DNA of 64,000 nucleotides. Origin: Pseudomonadota bacterium (GTDB taxonomy: Bacteria > Bdellovibrionota_B > Oligoflexia > Silvanigrellales > Silvanigrellaceae). Shown here piece after piece: positions 50,013 through 59,412 of the stretch; positions within the stretch are counted from its first letter, which is position 1; each line of letters opens with the position of its first letter. The position numbers and the translations under genes were made by a program. Below the pieces are notes generated by a model. That model was not told where the DNA came from. It did not search any database and saw only the letters and a list, made by a program, of their open reading frames with translations. The stretch spans positions 32,001-96,000 of the forward strand of contig JBDLRP010000021.1 of the NCBI GenBank assembly GCA_039799905.1, written 5' to 3'.

Positions 50013-50562
50013 ATTTACTGTCGCAGCGTCGGCTGCTCTGCTATGCCTGACCGCGGTGCATGAGTTGGCAAGGCTGCAACTTATCAGAAATTCCATCAAT
50101 CTTGTGGCTTCCTCGACCGCTGCTCAACACAGTTATCAAAGTCTGCGACACGTGCTGCAGGGCAGTTTTTCTCCTGAGAATGGTCAGCGTCGGTCTCAAT
50201 ATGAGAAACAAATTGAGCGCTCGGTTCTTCACGCCCTTGACGATCCGCTTTTGCGTTGGAGCTGGACCCATTCCTTCGAGAATTCTCGACCGGCATTCGG
50301 CGTCCGGGTTTGGTTGAATGGAGCAAGATTTGGAGATCTTGAACAACCCACGACCGTAAAGATCCAAGTTTGTCTTCGCAGCTGGCTGGAGCCAATTCTG
50401 GGTGCCCTCTCGGATAAAAGAAATTGTCTTGGCGAATTTTCTAGCACAGGCGATCATAGGCAAAGCCGCGGAATTTCAATTTCTGCCACATCGACCCGCA
50501 TGAAAAACATCTCTCTCGAGCCTTATTTCCGAGAAAAAAATTCGGAGGAAAAAACTCCCTGA
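49906..50562 (+). CDS. TadE-like minor pilin
   Basis: G|MSAAEF class III signal with E5; start uncertain. Confidence 0.62.
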   Translation: MTQFTARQSSISLKVKFLKDCKAPHTTEEVGMSAAEFTVAASAALLCLTAVHELARLQLIRNSINLVASSTAAQHSYQSLRHVLQGSFSPENGQRRSQYEKQIERSVLHALDDPLLRWSWTHSFENSRPAFGVRVWLNGARFGDLEQPTTVKIQVCLRSWLEPILGALSDKRNCLGEFSSTGDHRQSRGISISATSTRMKNISLEPYFREKNSEEKTP

Positions 50563-51461
50563 TGGAAATCCTGTTAGACTTATCTTGTCAACGAAATTCA
50601 GCGCAGAATGGACAAATTCTTCCATTGGCCGCGGTCATTCTTGCCCTTCTCGCGGCGTTATTAATTGCCCTAACGCAATTCATTTTGAAGACCCAAAACA
50701 ACGTCGTAAGATGGGAAAATGAATTTCAAGGCTCATTGCTAACCTCCCAGGCGGTGGCAAACAAACTGAACGCCATAAGTACCAACAACCAACACATTGC
50801 TCTCACTCTCGAGCGCATCTTCTCTCTATATTTGAGCGGTACCGGGCATGCACTCGATCTCGCAGCAAGCACGCCTCTTTGGGAACGGAAACTGCCGGTG
50901 CCAATTCCCGAACGGGTGTACGCGGCGTTTGAGGCCGCACTCCCTGCTGCTCGGATTCAACTCTCGGCAATACAGTCAATGAACGACGTACTGCTCTCGC
51001 AAATTCCGCAGCAAGTTAGAGAGCGTCTGACGCGCGCATCGATCAGTGAGTCATTGTGCCGAGTTGCATCGTCACCGGACTCTTTACCGTCCGCCAACAA
51101 CTGCCGTTACCGTCTGACAATGAGCATGCTTGGGTTTCCTCAGCTGCGAACTATTTCGGGTGATTTGTTATTTACATCGGCCCTGAAACAAAACCATGGC
51201 TTCGTTCTCATTCAGATCTCGGATAATGTTTTGCTAAAAAAAGGCTTGTTCGGCGCGCGACTGGGCAGCTCGGAGAATCCCTTTCCCCGACAGAGCATAG
51301 CACTCACTCATGCTCGCTTTTGCCACAAAAAAGCCGACTTCAGGCTCGTGAAACATTGTCCAAAAACGAAACTTCCAAAGGGTTTTCCTGACCGGCTCTC
51401 CCACTCAGGGAACGTCATATCTTTCGAGCCGAATTGGAGTGTGCTCGTTGATGAAAATTGA
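50562..51461 (+). CDS. TadG-like pilus-associated protein
   Basis: G|QILPL followed by hydrophobic helix. Confidence 0.62.
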   Translation: MEILLDLSCQRNSAQNGQILPLAAVILALLAALLIALTQFILKTQNNVVRWENEFQGSLLTSQAVANKLNAISTNNQHIALTLERIFSLYLSGTGHALDLAASTPLWERKLPVPIPERVYAAFEAALPAARIQLSAIQSMNDVLLSQIPQQVRERLTRASISESLCRVASSPDSLPSANNCRYRLTMSMLGFPQLRTISGDLLFTSALKQNHGFVLIQISDNVLLKKGLFGARLGSSENPFPRQSIALTHARFCHKKADFRLVKHCPKTKLPKGFPDRLSHSGNVISFEPNWSVLVDEN

Positions 51462-52074
51462 ACGCCTTTGGCACTCATCTGGGGGACAGGCGCTCACTGA
51501 GCTGACAGTCATCCTGCCTGTAGGTTTCATTTTACTCGCCGCGCCGCTTCACTTTTGGAAAACCATGGAGCAGCGGGTTGGCGATGACACACGCCGTCTT
51601 GATGAGAATCTGGCCCAATTCGCCAAGAAGGAGAGCGTTTTTCTCAACAATTTGCGTTCACAGGCCTGCCTAAGGCAGGCGGGAACGGGGGCGAAATCGA
51701 CAGCGACACCGTCGACCCGCTGGCCCGAGGAGGTCGACAAACAAAGAGCACTTTCTCTCTCGCTCTTGCGGGTTAGCTGCCTTGGGGAGGGGACGGCCAA
51801 GCATGGTCCTAAGGTGGCCTTGCCCCTGTGGTCGGTTCACATCGCAGCACCCAGCGAGGCTGCAGCCCGCGCAACAGCGCAAACACTCTGCCCGGGCGTC
51901 GTCGCAGTCTCTGAAAAACTGAGGGCAAGTGTCGCATCTGCGCATAAAGTGCGCCTTCTTGCGGACGCGGCACCCGCAGCCCAAGTCCTCCGACAGACCA
52001 CTCAATTCTGCCTGACCGGCTTAAAATCGGTGCGTCCGCTTGACAGCCTCTTTGCCGGTATATTAGACCCCTGA
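51451..52074 (+). CDS. TadE-like minor pilin
   Basis: G|QALTEL...LP class III signal. Confidence 0.68.
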   Translation: MKIERLWHSSGGQALTELTVILPVGFILLAAPLHFWKTMEQRVGDDTRRLDENLAQFAKKESVFLNNLRSQACLRQAGTGAKSTATPSTRWPEEVDKQRALSLSLLRVSCLGEGTAKHGPKVALPLWSVHIAAPSEAAARATAQTLCPGVVAVSEKLRASVASAHKVRLLADAAPAAQVLRQTTQFCLTGLKSVRPLDSLFAGILDP

Positions 52075-52081
52075 CCACGTT

Positions 52082-52157
52082 GGCGCTTTAGCTCAGTCGG
52101 TAGAGCAGTAGATTGAAAATCTACGTGTCCCCAGTTCGATTCTGGGAGGCGCCACCA
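52082..52157 (+). tRNA. tRNA-Phe (anticodon GAA)
   Basis: 76 nt cloverleaf; GTAGA-TTGAAAA-TCTAC anticodon arm; encoded CCA. Confidence 0.97.
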
Positions 52158-52178
52158 CGTATCTCTGCCTCACTCCTC

Positions 52179-52254
52179 GCCTCTGTAGCTCAGCTGGTAG
52201 AGCATCGCATTCGTAATGCGAGGGTCGCAGGTTCAAATCCTGTCGGAGGCTCCA
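52179..52254 (+). tRNA. tRNA-Thr (anticodon CGT)
   Basis: 76 nt cloverleaf; TCGCA-TTCGTAA-TGCGA anticodon arm; encoded CCA. Confidence 0.97.
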
Positions 52255-53051
52255 TGCGTAATTCCGCAGTTGATTCAGTTCTTCTTCACCCGCTCAGTGC
52301 GTCTCAAAAGGCACTGTCACTCGTGTCGATTTGCCTGCTGCTGGGCTCGGGACAGGCTTACGCATGGGAAAGTTCGTTCCTTGCGCAACGCGAATCTCAT
52401 CATCACGAAAAGGTGATCGGTGACAATAATCTCATGCCCGTCTCGGGTGACGGCACGAATCTGCCGGCACAATTGATTCCGCTGATGGATGCCGTTGGCC
52501 AACTGAACGTCGGATGCACGGCAACCCATATTGGTGACGGTCTTGTGCTGACGGCAGGCCACTGCATTTCACGCTCACCACGCAGCGGGTCGGACAATTG
52601 CCATCTTCTGGGAGTTGTTTGGGGCAATCGCGGAGCAAAGCCCGAACTCAAATCATCAAATTGTAAATCAGTCGTACTGCGAAAGTACGACAGCACCTAC
52701 GACTTCGCTCTCCTGCGGGTCAATAATCCGCCCAAGGCATCGGTCAGCATCGACTTGGCTTTCAGTTCGCAGAAAGTTCCGCTCACAATGTTGAGTTATC
52801 CACGGATGCGCCCATTGGAGTGGTCGGGCTATTGCACACTCCACGCTTACACAGACCCTGCGCGAATATTGAAAAAGTTTCTTCACGACTGTGACAGCGA
52901 AGGCGGAAGCAGCGGTGCCGCATTGATTTCAACTGACTCACTTGCGATTGTCGGTTTGCACAATGGCGCAAGTGATGAACTGAACTATGGAATGTATTTG
53001 TCCGCGTCCGATGAACTCATAACCGTTCTTCAAGATGCTCTAGGTAATTAA
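52254..53051 (+). CDS. Secreted trypsin-like serine protease
   Basis: LTAGHC, DFALL, GGSSG; signal peptide ending AYA; start uncertain. Confidence 0.88.
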   Translation: MRNSAVDSVLLHPLSASQKALSLVSICLLLGSGQAYAWESSFLAQRESHHHEKVIGDNNLMPVSGDGTNLPAQLIPLMDAVGQLNVGCTATHIGDGLVLTAGHCISRSPRSGSDNCHLLGVVWGNRGAKPELKSSNCKSVVLRKYDSTYDFALLRVNNPPKASVSIDLAFSSQKVPLTMLSYPRMRPLEWSGYCTLHAYTDPARILKKFLHDCDSEGGSSGAALISTDSLAIVGLHNGASDELNYGMYLSASDELITVLQDALGN

Positions 53052-53054
53052 ATA

Positions 53055-53372
53055 ATGGCGTGGCTTTATCTTTTCCTTGCAGGACTTTTTGAGATCGGCT
53101 GGCCGCTGGGAATGAAGCTCGCCCAGTCAGGTACTCACCGGATTGCAGGCATCGGTATGTCCATTGCGTGCCTTGGCGTCAGCGGATGGCTGTTGTGGCT
53201 AGCCCAAAAAACTATACCAATGGGTACCGCCTATGCAGTCTGGACTGGAATAGGAACGGTCGGCACCTTTATCGTCGGTGTGAGTTTTTTTGGTGACTCG
53301 CAGTCCTATCTGCGCTGGTTCGGTGCAATTTTCATTGTCTTGGGTGTCGGACTTCTCAAGCTCAGCGAGTAA
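53055..53372 (+). CDS. sugE: SMR family small multidrug/guanidinium exporter
   Basis: MAW..L..AG.FEI.W, IPMGTAYAVWTGIG. Confidence 0.88.
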   Translation: MAWLYLFLAGLFEIGWPLGMKLAQSGTHRIAGIGMSIACLGVSGWLLWLAQKTIPMGTAYAVWTGIGTVGTFIVGVSFFGDSQSYLRWFGAIFIVLGVGLLKLSE

Positions 53373-53536
53373 CAAAAATCCAACACTGCATCGAGCAGTC
53401 TGCAGACCCTTTTTTTGCATTTCACATTCGACAGACTGCTATGGCGGGACTTTTTATAGCGCCCGATACTTCTTGCCGATCGGCTGCCCGCGTTGTGGAT
53501 TATTCTGGCGGGGAACCCGAATCAAAGGCACAAACC

Positions 53537-54076
53537 ATGCACCTTCGGCGGTACTGCAGTTCTATGCGGAGAGTCATTGTTCTCACAAGCGTGCTTTGTT
53601 CTTTTTTCATTGCAAATCGAGCGGTCGCACAAAACTCGGTGTCCCTCAAGGCAGGGCTGGGAATCGCAGTCCAAAGTGACAACAACTATTCACCCATGGC
53701 AGACACGAGTGTGACAATTGGCAGATGGGGATTCACCGCAAATGTGTCCGGATATTCCGAATCACAGACCAAAGTCACTCACCTTCTTTCAGGAGTACTC
53801 TACGGAGTTCCACTCACCTCGGGCGGATCACTAAAAGCAGAATTTGGCGCTGGGGCACTTATGGCGCAAACAACTGCCGGCGGTAAAACCGAAACTATGT
53901 TCTCATACTCATTTCCGATCGGTTTTGACTGGACAATCTTCAACTTGAGCGGCTTGGCGGTTAGTGCAAATTGGAAATCCTGGCTCTTTGCGACGCACCC
54001 CTACATTCCGCTCTTTGTATTGCTTTCCCACGACCGCTTTTCCACAGTTTCACTCAGCGCGGGGTTTGCACTATGA
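53537..54076 (+). CDS. Putative small outer-membrane beta-barrel protein
   Basis: Signal peptide; about 8 amphipathic strands; start uncertain (53537 or 53564). Confidence 0.58.
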   Translation: MHLRRYCSSMRRVIVLTSVLCSFFIANRAVAQNSVSLKAGLGIAVQSDNNYSPMADTSVTIGRWGFTANVSGYSESQTKVTHLLSGVLYGVPLTSGGSLKAEFGAGALMAQTTAGGKTETMFSYSFPIGFDWTIFNLSGLAVSANWKSWLFATHPYIPLFVLLSHDRFSTVSLSAGFAL

Positions 54077-54537
54077 AAACTCCAACCTTTTTTAGAATCC
54101 ATTTAATGGCGGGTATGATAAGCGCCTCATCGATATCCGCCGTCGGGTTCGCCGCAGGACACAAGATTTCTGCCGGCGCCGTTTCCGCCAACGGCGGGTC
54201 AAATCCGGTCACATTCACAAGTCTCGGTGAGTATTCGTACACATATATCAACACGGCACGCGATCGTGAGATTCTTGTCGGCTTCGCTCCAGGGCTTGGA
54301 TATGCTGTGCGCTTTCAGCCGACACAAACAGTCTCTGTTTCACTTGGTGGCGTCGCTGCCGTCGGCATCACGCCTTTTTTGGGTGTTTATGGCGGATTCG
54401 GCTGGGAATTTTGGTGTGCAACTCGTTCAATCTGTTTGTCCCTCGAATTTCGTTCGGCTTTGGCACCGTATTCTGAGAAACGTCAGATCTCCGGTGTAAG
54501 CAGTGTCAGCCTCGGAGGCACGCTATGGTCAAATTAA
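54073..54537 (+). CDS. Putative small outer-membrane beta-barrel protein
   Basis: ATGA overlap; signal peptide from MKTPTFF; Gly/aromatic strands. Confidence 0.58.
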   Translation: MKTPTFFRIHLMAGMISASSISAVGFAAGHKISAGAVSANGGSNPVTFTSLGEYSYTYINTARDREILVGFAPGLGYAVRFQPTQTVSVSLGGVAAVGITPFLGVYGGFGWEFWCATRSICLSLEFRSALAPYSEKRQISGVSSVSLGGTLWSN

Positions 54538-55316
54538 TCCATCTACTTTTGATAGGTCTGTGGCTCATATGCAGCAATTCTGCATCGGCCTACGTGTTCG
54601 AACGCGACAGAAGCTCCGGAGAGCCAGTGCGACTGAATGTCAGCGCCGAAAATCCAAAAGTTTATTTCAGAATCGCAGGCTCACCGCCGGAATTCGAGAA
54701 TAAGGATAAATTTCTCGACGGAAAATTTTCCAATCTTTCAGACACGGATTTCTTTGCTCAATTAGTTTTGGAAACCATGAAACGCTGGAACGATGTCGAA
54801 GATTCGTTCGTCGAACTGGCACTGAGTGCCGAAAGTGGCAGTGGGGCGGACTCAGAAGACAACATCAATACAATCGTCTTTTCGTCGGGCACATGGAGCG
54901 ATGCTGGCAGTGCACTTCCCAAACAGGGAAACACGGATCAGGACTCACGTTACATCGTGGACTGTGACATCAGTCTCGATGCACAAAAAGATCCAGAAAA
55001 ACTTGCCTTCACTGTTTTGCACGAACTCGGACACTGTCTCGGACTTCTCCATCCCCATTACTCGACAAAATCAGTGATGAGCTACTCAACCATCAATAAG
55101 AATCTGGAACTGACCCTCGACGATAAGGCAGGCGTAACCATTCTGTATCCGGTCAGATATGAGAAACGGAAAAATCTGATTCCACTCTGCGGCAGCCTAC
55201 CGGCACTCAGTTCTCACCGCGGCACCAGGAGCGCTGTTACATGGGTGATTATCGCACCTCTCGGCATTTGGGCACTAAGAGCGCTGAAACGGCGCAAACG
55301 CAGAACTCCGATTTGA
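54525..55316 (+). CDS. Matrixin (M10) family zinc metalloprotease, paralog of 8329..9201
   Basis: Signal peptide; HELGHCLGLLH; SVM Met-turn; LTLDDKAG..LYP; C-terminal TM plus basic tail. Confidence 0.9.
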   Translation: MVKLIHLLLIGLWLICSNSASAYVFERDRSSGEPVRLNVSAENPKVYFRIAGSPPEFENKDKFLDGKFSNLSDTDFFAQLVLETMKRWNDVEDSFVELALSAESGSGADSEDNINTIVFSSGTWSDAGSALPKQGNTDQDSRYIVDCDISLDAQKDPEKLAFTVLHELGHCLGLLHPHYSTKSVMSYSTINKNLELTLDDKAGVTILYPVRYEKRKNLIPLCGSLPALSSHRGTRSAVTWVIIAPLGIWALRALKRRKRRTPI

Positions 55317-55381
55317 CTTCATTTTCCTTCCGTCAATGAGCGCGAAAAACAACGCTTGACTCAGCAGGCTCCGGTGACTAC

Positions 55382-55397
55382 TGATAATCCAGTCTCA
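55382..55397 (+). promoter_or_regulatory. Possible Fur/Zur-type operator
   Basis: TGATAAT-CC-AGTCTCA imperfect palindrome upstream of a zinc-uptake operon that encodes a Fur-family regulator. Confidence 0.35.
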
Positions 55398-55421
55398 CTT
55401 CATCGGAGAATAAGCAAAACC

Positions 55422-56000
55422 ATGAAATCAATATACTTTAAGGCTTCTACCTCGGTAACCAACCTAGTCACAGCACTCGTTATTGCGACCCTCCCGACCG
55501 GTGCTCTGGCTGGCGGCAAGGGCCACAAAGCACACGAACATGGAACTGCCTCGGTCAACATCGTCGGCGAGGCAAACACTGTCACGATTCAACTGGAAAG
55601 TCCCTCAGAGGCCATCTACGGCTTCGAGCACGAGGCTAAAAAACCAGCGGACATCAAAAAACGCGACGAAGCGGTGGAAAAGCTTAAGGCAAGCGCTGAC
55701 AAAATGTTTGTTCTCGACTCTTCACTTGCGTGCAAGCTGACAGAAGCGACGGTCAATCCATTTGTGACCGAGGCGGAAGAGACAAAGGAAACCAAGAAAA
55801 ACAAACACAAGAAGGGCACGCACAGCGAGGTGCACGCCAAATTCAAATTTGAATGCGCAAAACCCGTTGCCGGAAGTGAAGTGAAATTTGCAACAAAAGC
55901 GCACTTTAAATCACTCAGAAAATTAAAGGTTCAAACCCTTTCAGGCGAGACACAGAGCGGATCGACAGTCGTCAACGATGCTGGCTCGGCAAAACTTTAA
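55422..56000 (+). CDS. ZrgA/DUF2796 family periplasmic zinc uptake protein
   Basis: AHEHG, SP...IYGFEH, HSEV.A.F.FEC, F..L. Confidence 0.88.
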   Translation: MKSIYFKASTSVTNLVTALVIATLPTGALAGGKGHKAHEHGTASVNIVGEANTVTIQLESPSEAIYGFEHEAKKPADIKKRDEAVEKLKASADKMFVLDSSLACKLTEATVNPFVTEAEETKETKKNKHKKGTHSEVHAKFKFECAKPVAGSEVKFATKAHFKSLRKLKVQTLSGETQSGSTVVNDAGSAKL

Positions 56001-56015
56001 TCGCGAGAAAAAATC

Positions 56016-57752
56016 ATGAACAACCGTCTTCCCGTCACTGTGCTGTCCGGCTTCCTTGGCGCTGGAAAAACAACACTGCTCAACAATATTCTCAATGATC
56101 AGCACGGGCTGCGGATTGCGGTCATCGTCAACGACATGAGTGAACTCAACATCGACGCCAAGCTCGTGCGCAACGGCAGTGTGGATATTGCACGCACCGA
56201 AGAAAAGCTTGTCGAAATGAGCAACGGCTGCATCTGCTGCACACTGCGCGAAGACCTTCTTGTTGAAGTCCGCCAGCTGGCACAGCAGGGACGGTTTGAT
56301 TATCTTATCATCGAAAGCACTGGAATAAGCGAACCTCTGCCAGTGGCAGAAACCTTTACGTTTACTGACGATGCCGGAGTTTCACTCTCGGAATTTGCAT
56401 GCCTCGACACAATGGTCACGGTCGTCGATGCATTCAATTTCAAGCGCCAGTATCAAGAGGCCTTGCTACTCACTGAAGCGGGACAGGCTCTCAATAACGA
56501 AGATGAGCGCAACCTTGCCGATCTTCTCACCGATCAGGTTGAATTCGCCAACGTCATCGTCATCAACAAATCCGATTTGGTTACGGCGCAGGATCTGAGT
56601 GAAGTCGAAGGACTCATCCGCTCGCTCAATCCAGAGGCCGTGATTGTTCCGACAAAAAATTCAAAGGTCGATCTGAACAAGATATTGAACACTGGACTAT
56701 TTGATTTTGAAAAGGCTTCGCAGTCTGCGGGCTGGTTGAAAACGCTGCGCGGTCAGGAAAAATCGGAAAAGGACGAGTACGGATTTTCAAGTTTTGTTTT
56801 CCGTGCCAACCGCCCGTTCAACACCGAACGGTTTGTCTCTTTTATTGAACACGATTCGGATACCATCGTGCGCTCGAAGGGCTTCATCTGGCTGGCAACG
56901 CGCTCCGATTTCGTTACCCAGTGGGGACAGGCCGGTGGAAGCATTCGTATTGAGCCTGCTGGAACATGGCTTGCTCTGACTCCGCAGGAAGATTGGATCC
57001 TCTCGCCAGATGAACGCAAAAACGTCTTGGCACAATGGGATAAAGATTGGGGTGATCGCGCGCAGGAACTGGTTGTGATCGGGCAAAACATGGACCATCA
57101 GGAAATGCTCGAAAAATTGAACAGCTGTCTGCTGACCGATGACGAGCTCAAACAAGGTGATGCCCTGTGGGCGGTTATGCCAGATGCACTGCCTGCATGG
57201 ATGCCTGCACTTGAGAGCGAAGAGCCTCTCGACTGCAGTGAGGATTCCATCGCAACAACGCAAACAACGATTACCGAGTTGTACAACACCGACCCTGCAC
57301 AGGCGGCAATGTCCGCTTTTCATCTGGCACTCGTCTATCGGGAAACAGGCCGAGTCCATCCGGCACTTCCCCTCTTCCGTCTCGCCATTTCAGCACTGGC
57401 CGACTTTCCGTCGGAAAGTTTTCTGCGTTGTGAAGCCTTCCATCTTTATCTCAGCTCATTATTCGAGGCCAATGACTCACCGCGTGCACGCATCGTATTG
57501 AAAGAAGCACTGGCCTTCTCGACGGATGCGCAACTTGCTGGCTGGGAAGCTACGTTTCTTACAATTGCGGGCCGTCTTGAGCTGACCGAAGGGCTGAATC
57601 TCTCGCTTGCGAAGCAGCAGTTGGAGCGCGCTCTCTTCCTTCGCAAAGAACAGCTGGGCTTGCCTGAATCCGATTGCGAGGATATCCGCCAGTCGTTGCA
57701 GGAATTGCTGACTCTGCAATCACAGCGCTCCGGCGCGGCAAAGAGCATCTGA
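56016..57752 (+). CDS. COG0523 (ZigA/YciC/CobW-like) metallochaperone GTPase with C-terminal helical extension
   Basis: GFLGAGKTT, GCICC, ESTG, NKSD, RSKGF.WLA, WGDR.QELV.IG. Confidence 0.92.
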   Translation: MNNRLPVTVLSGFLGAGKTTLLNNILNDQHGLRIAVIVNDMSELNIDAKLVRNGSVDIARTEEKLVEMSNGCICCTLREDLLVEVRQLAQQGRFDYLIIESTGISEPLPVAETFTFTDDAGVSLSEFACLDTMVTVVDAFNFKRQYQEALLLTEAGQALNNEDERNLADLLTDQVEFANVIVINKSDLVTAQDLSEVEGLIRSLNPEAVIVPTKNSKVDLNKILNTGLFDFEKASQSAGWLKTLRGQEKSEKDEYGFSSFVFRANRPFNTERFVSFIEHDSDTIVRSKGFIWLATRSDFVTQWGQAGGSIRIEPAGTWLALTPQEDWILSPDERKNVLAQWDKDWGDRAQELVVIGQNMDHQEMLEKLNSCLLTDDELKQGDALWAVMPDALPAWMPALESEEPLDCSEDSIATTQTTITELYNTDPAQAAMSAFHLALVYRETGRVHPALPLFRLAISALADFPSESFLRCEAFHLYLSSLFEANDSPRARIVLKEALAFSTDAQLAGWEATFLTIAGRLELTEGLNLSLAKQQLERALFLRKEQLGLPESDCEDIRQSLQELLTLQSQRSGAAKSI

Positions 57753-57773
57753 TGTTGCCCAGAGGATAGACGG

Positions 57774-58169
57774 ATGAGCGAAACAAAAACCGACAAACGC
57801 AACACTCAACAGCAGAACCTCATCCGCGGCCTGTTCCGTCACACGGAAAGACCGCTCTCCGCGCAGGAGCTGCTCGACGCAGCTTCCTCCATCCAGCCGG
57901 GAATCGGCATCGCAACCGTTTACCGCGGCATCAAAACCCTGCTGGAGCGTCAGGAAATAGTTCACATCGCTCTTCCGGGAACGACTCCCCGTTACGAGAA
58001 AGCCGGAACCCATCATCACCACCATTTCCTCTGTACGCGTTGCGATAAAGTCTATCCTGTCGCAGGCTGCACGGGTCATCTCGACAAGCTGACCCCTCCA
58101 GGATTCGTAATGGAATCTCACAAGATCGTCTTGGAAGGACGCTGTGCGTCCTGCGCCACGACGAAATAG
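57774..58169 (+). CDS. Fur/Zur family transcriptional repressor
   Basis: IATVYR, HHHHFLC..C, C-terminal CxxC. Confidence 0.92.
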   Translation: MSETKTDKRNTQQQNLIRGLFRHTERPLSAQELLDAASSIQPGIGIATVYRGIKTLLERQEIVHIALPGTTPRYEKAGTHHHHHFLCTRCDKVYPVAGCTGHLDKLTPPGFVMESHKIVLEGRCASCATTK

Positions 58170-58177
58170 CAACAACG

Positions 58178-58206
58178 AAAAAGCCGCATGCGGCAATGCA
58201 TGCGGC
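58178..58206 (-). terminator. Intrinsic terminator between convergent genes
   Basis: GCCGCATGC-GGCAAT-GCATGCGGC stem-loop with T5 on the minus strand. Confidence 0.7.
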
Positions 58207-58258
58207 CAACCTTTACCTCCAACCAGCGACTTCTTCGCCGGTTCCGTGAGGCATCAAA

Positions 58259-58729
58259 TTAAAATGTTGCCGGAAGCTGGATGTGCGAAACTTCAGGCTG
58301 AGCGAGAGGAATCTTTGTGTGCGAGACCTTGATGAAATCAGGTGACCAGACAACCGGTCCGGGTGTTGTTCTAAGGGATGCGTCGCCGCCAGCCTTCTGA
58401 AGCGAGAAGTTGTAGCTTGGCGGATATTCCCATGCCCACAGAAGCGCTGGCCACACGCAGAGCAAACCGACCAAGAGCGTACCAACCGCTAGTTCATCTC
58501 TCGCGATGAAGCCCTGATAAGTGCGGTAGCCTTTCATTGACAACGAAACTTGTTGCTTCGAGAAAAGCACTTTGGAGTCGGTATATGTGTATGGTGTTGA
58601 GCCAACTTCGTTGCCGTTAATCGACAGACGAGCGCCGCTTGGATTTGAATTGATAGTTGTCGTGCTGGAGCAAGAGACAGTAGCAAACGAAAGTGCCACG
58701 GTTGCGGCAAGAGCTGACTTGAACTTCAC
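58259..58729 (-). CDS. PEGA domain lipoprotein
   Basis: GTG start with AGGAGG RBS; lipobox TVSC; INSNPSGA...ING..VG.TP. Confidence 0.82.
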   Translation of the reverse strand: MKFKSALAATVALSFATVSCSSTTTINSNPSGARLSINGNEVGSTPYTYTDSKVLFSKQQVSLSMKGYRTYQGFIARDELAVGTLLVGLLCVWPALLWAWEYPPSYNFSLQKAGGDASLRTTPGPVVWSPDFIKVSHTKIPLAQPEVSHIQLPATF

Positions 58730-58818
58730 TGATACCTCCTCAACGAATGTTATTTGCGAATACCTGCATAACATGCTAATCCACTTCGATATATTCCCCA
58801 ACTACTTGGACCAAAAAA

Positions 58819-59394
58819 ATGTCTGTGGGCAATTTAGAGCAAGCGTCTGGACACGAAGGGGCCAGCTATCGCACACACTTTGCCGACTCTACGCACTTTG
58901 CTGTGTCAAAGGCAGAGTCGCCTCTGCCGGACGTTCCCTCTGCAAAATTGCCTACACTTAATTACCCGTCGCGTAATTGCGTTACATCCCGACGCCAACA
59001 GATTGATAAAGTTCACGCTCCCGCGGAGGGTACATCCAAGCCGTCCGAGAGTCTGTGGAACAGGGTGTATCGCATGTCATTGGGGTGGTTCGGACGCACC
59101 AACGGCTACGCGCCGTCCACGTCACGCTACATTGTTGAGCTGTCAAAATACCAATCAACTCCCATGACACTCATTTTGGCCGCAGACAGGTTTACAACAC
59201 CAGCCATTCCAGCAGAGCAGCATCTGATAAGTATCGAAATCGGCGACGAACGGCGCCTATTTTATCCGCTCTGGTTGTCCGAAGTTAATTACTATCACAT
59301 ACGACAACCCTACGCCGTGCGTGCGGGTGAACTAATCCGCGAGAGCCGTTGCGAATGGTCGGACGGAGACCGCGACGATCCTTCAAACTCATAA
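58819..59394 (+). CDS. Hypothetical protein with degenerate YidD-like segment
   Basis: YRMSLG......YAPSTSRY...........LAADRF resembles the YidD pattern without cysteines. Confidence 0.45.
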   Translation: MSVGNLEQASGHEGASYRTHFADSTHFAVSKAESPLPDVPSAKLPTLNYPSRNCVTSRRQQIDKVHAPAEGTSKPSESLWNRVYRMSLGWFGRTNGYAPSTSRYIVELSKYQSTPMTLILAADRFTTPAIPAEQHLISIEIGDERRLFYPLWLSEVNYYHIRQPYAVRAGELIRESRCEWSDGDRDDPSNS

Positions 59395-59412
59395 AAAAAC
59401 GGAACTTGAATA

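Noticed and set aside
52113..52253. N-terminal extension of the trypsin ORF
   Set aside because: Runs through two tRNA genes
53040..53055. Guanidine riboswitch before sugE
   Set aside because: Only 3 bp separate it from the upstream gene and no ykkC-type motif was seen
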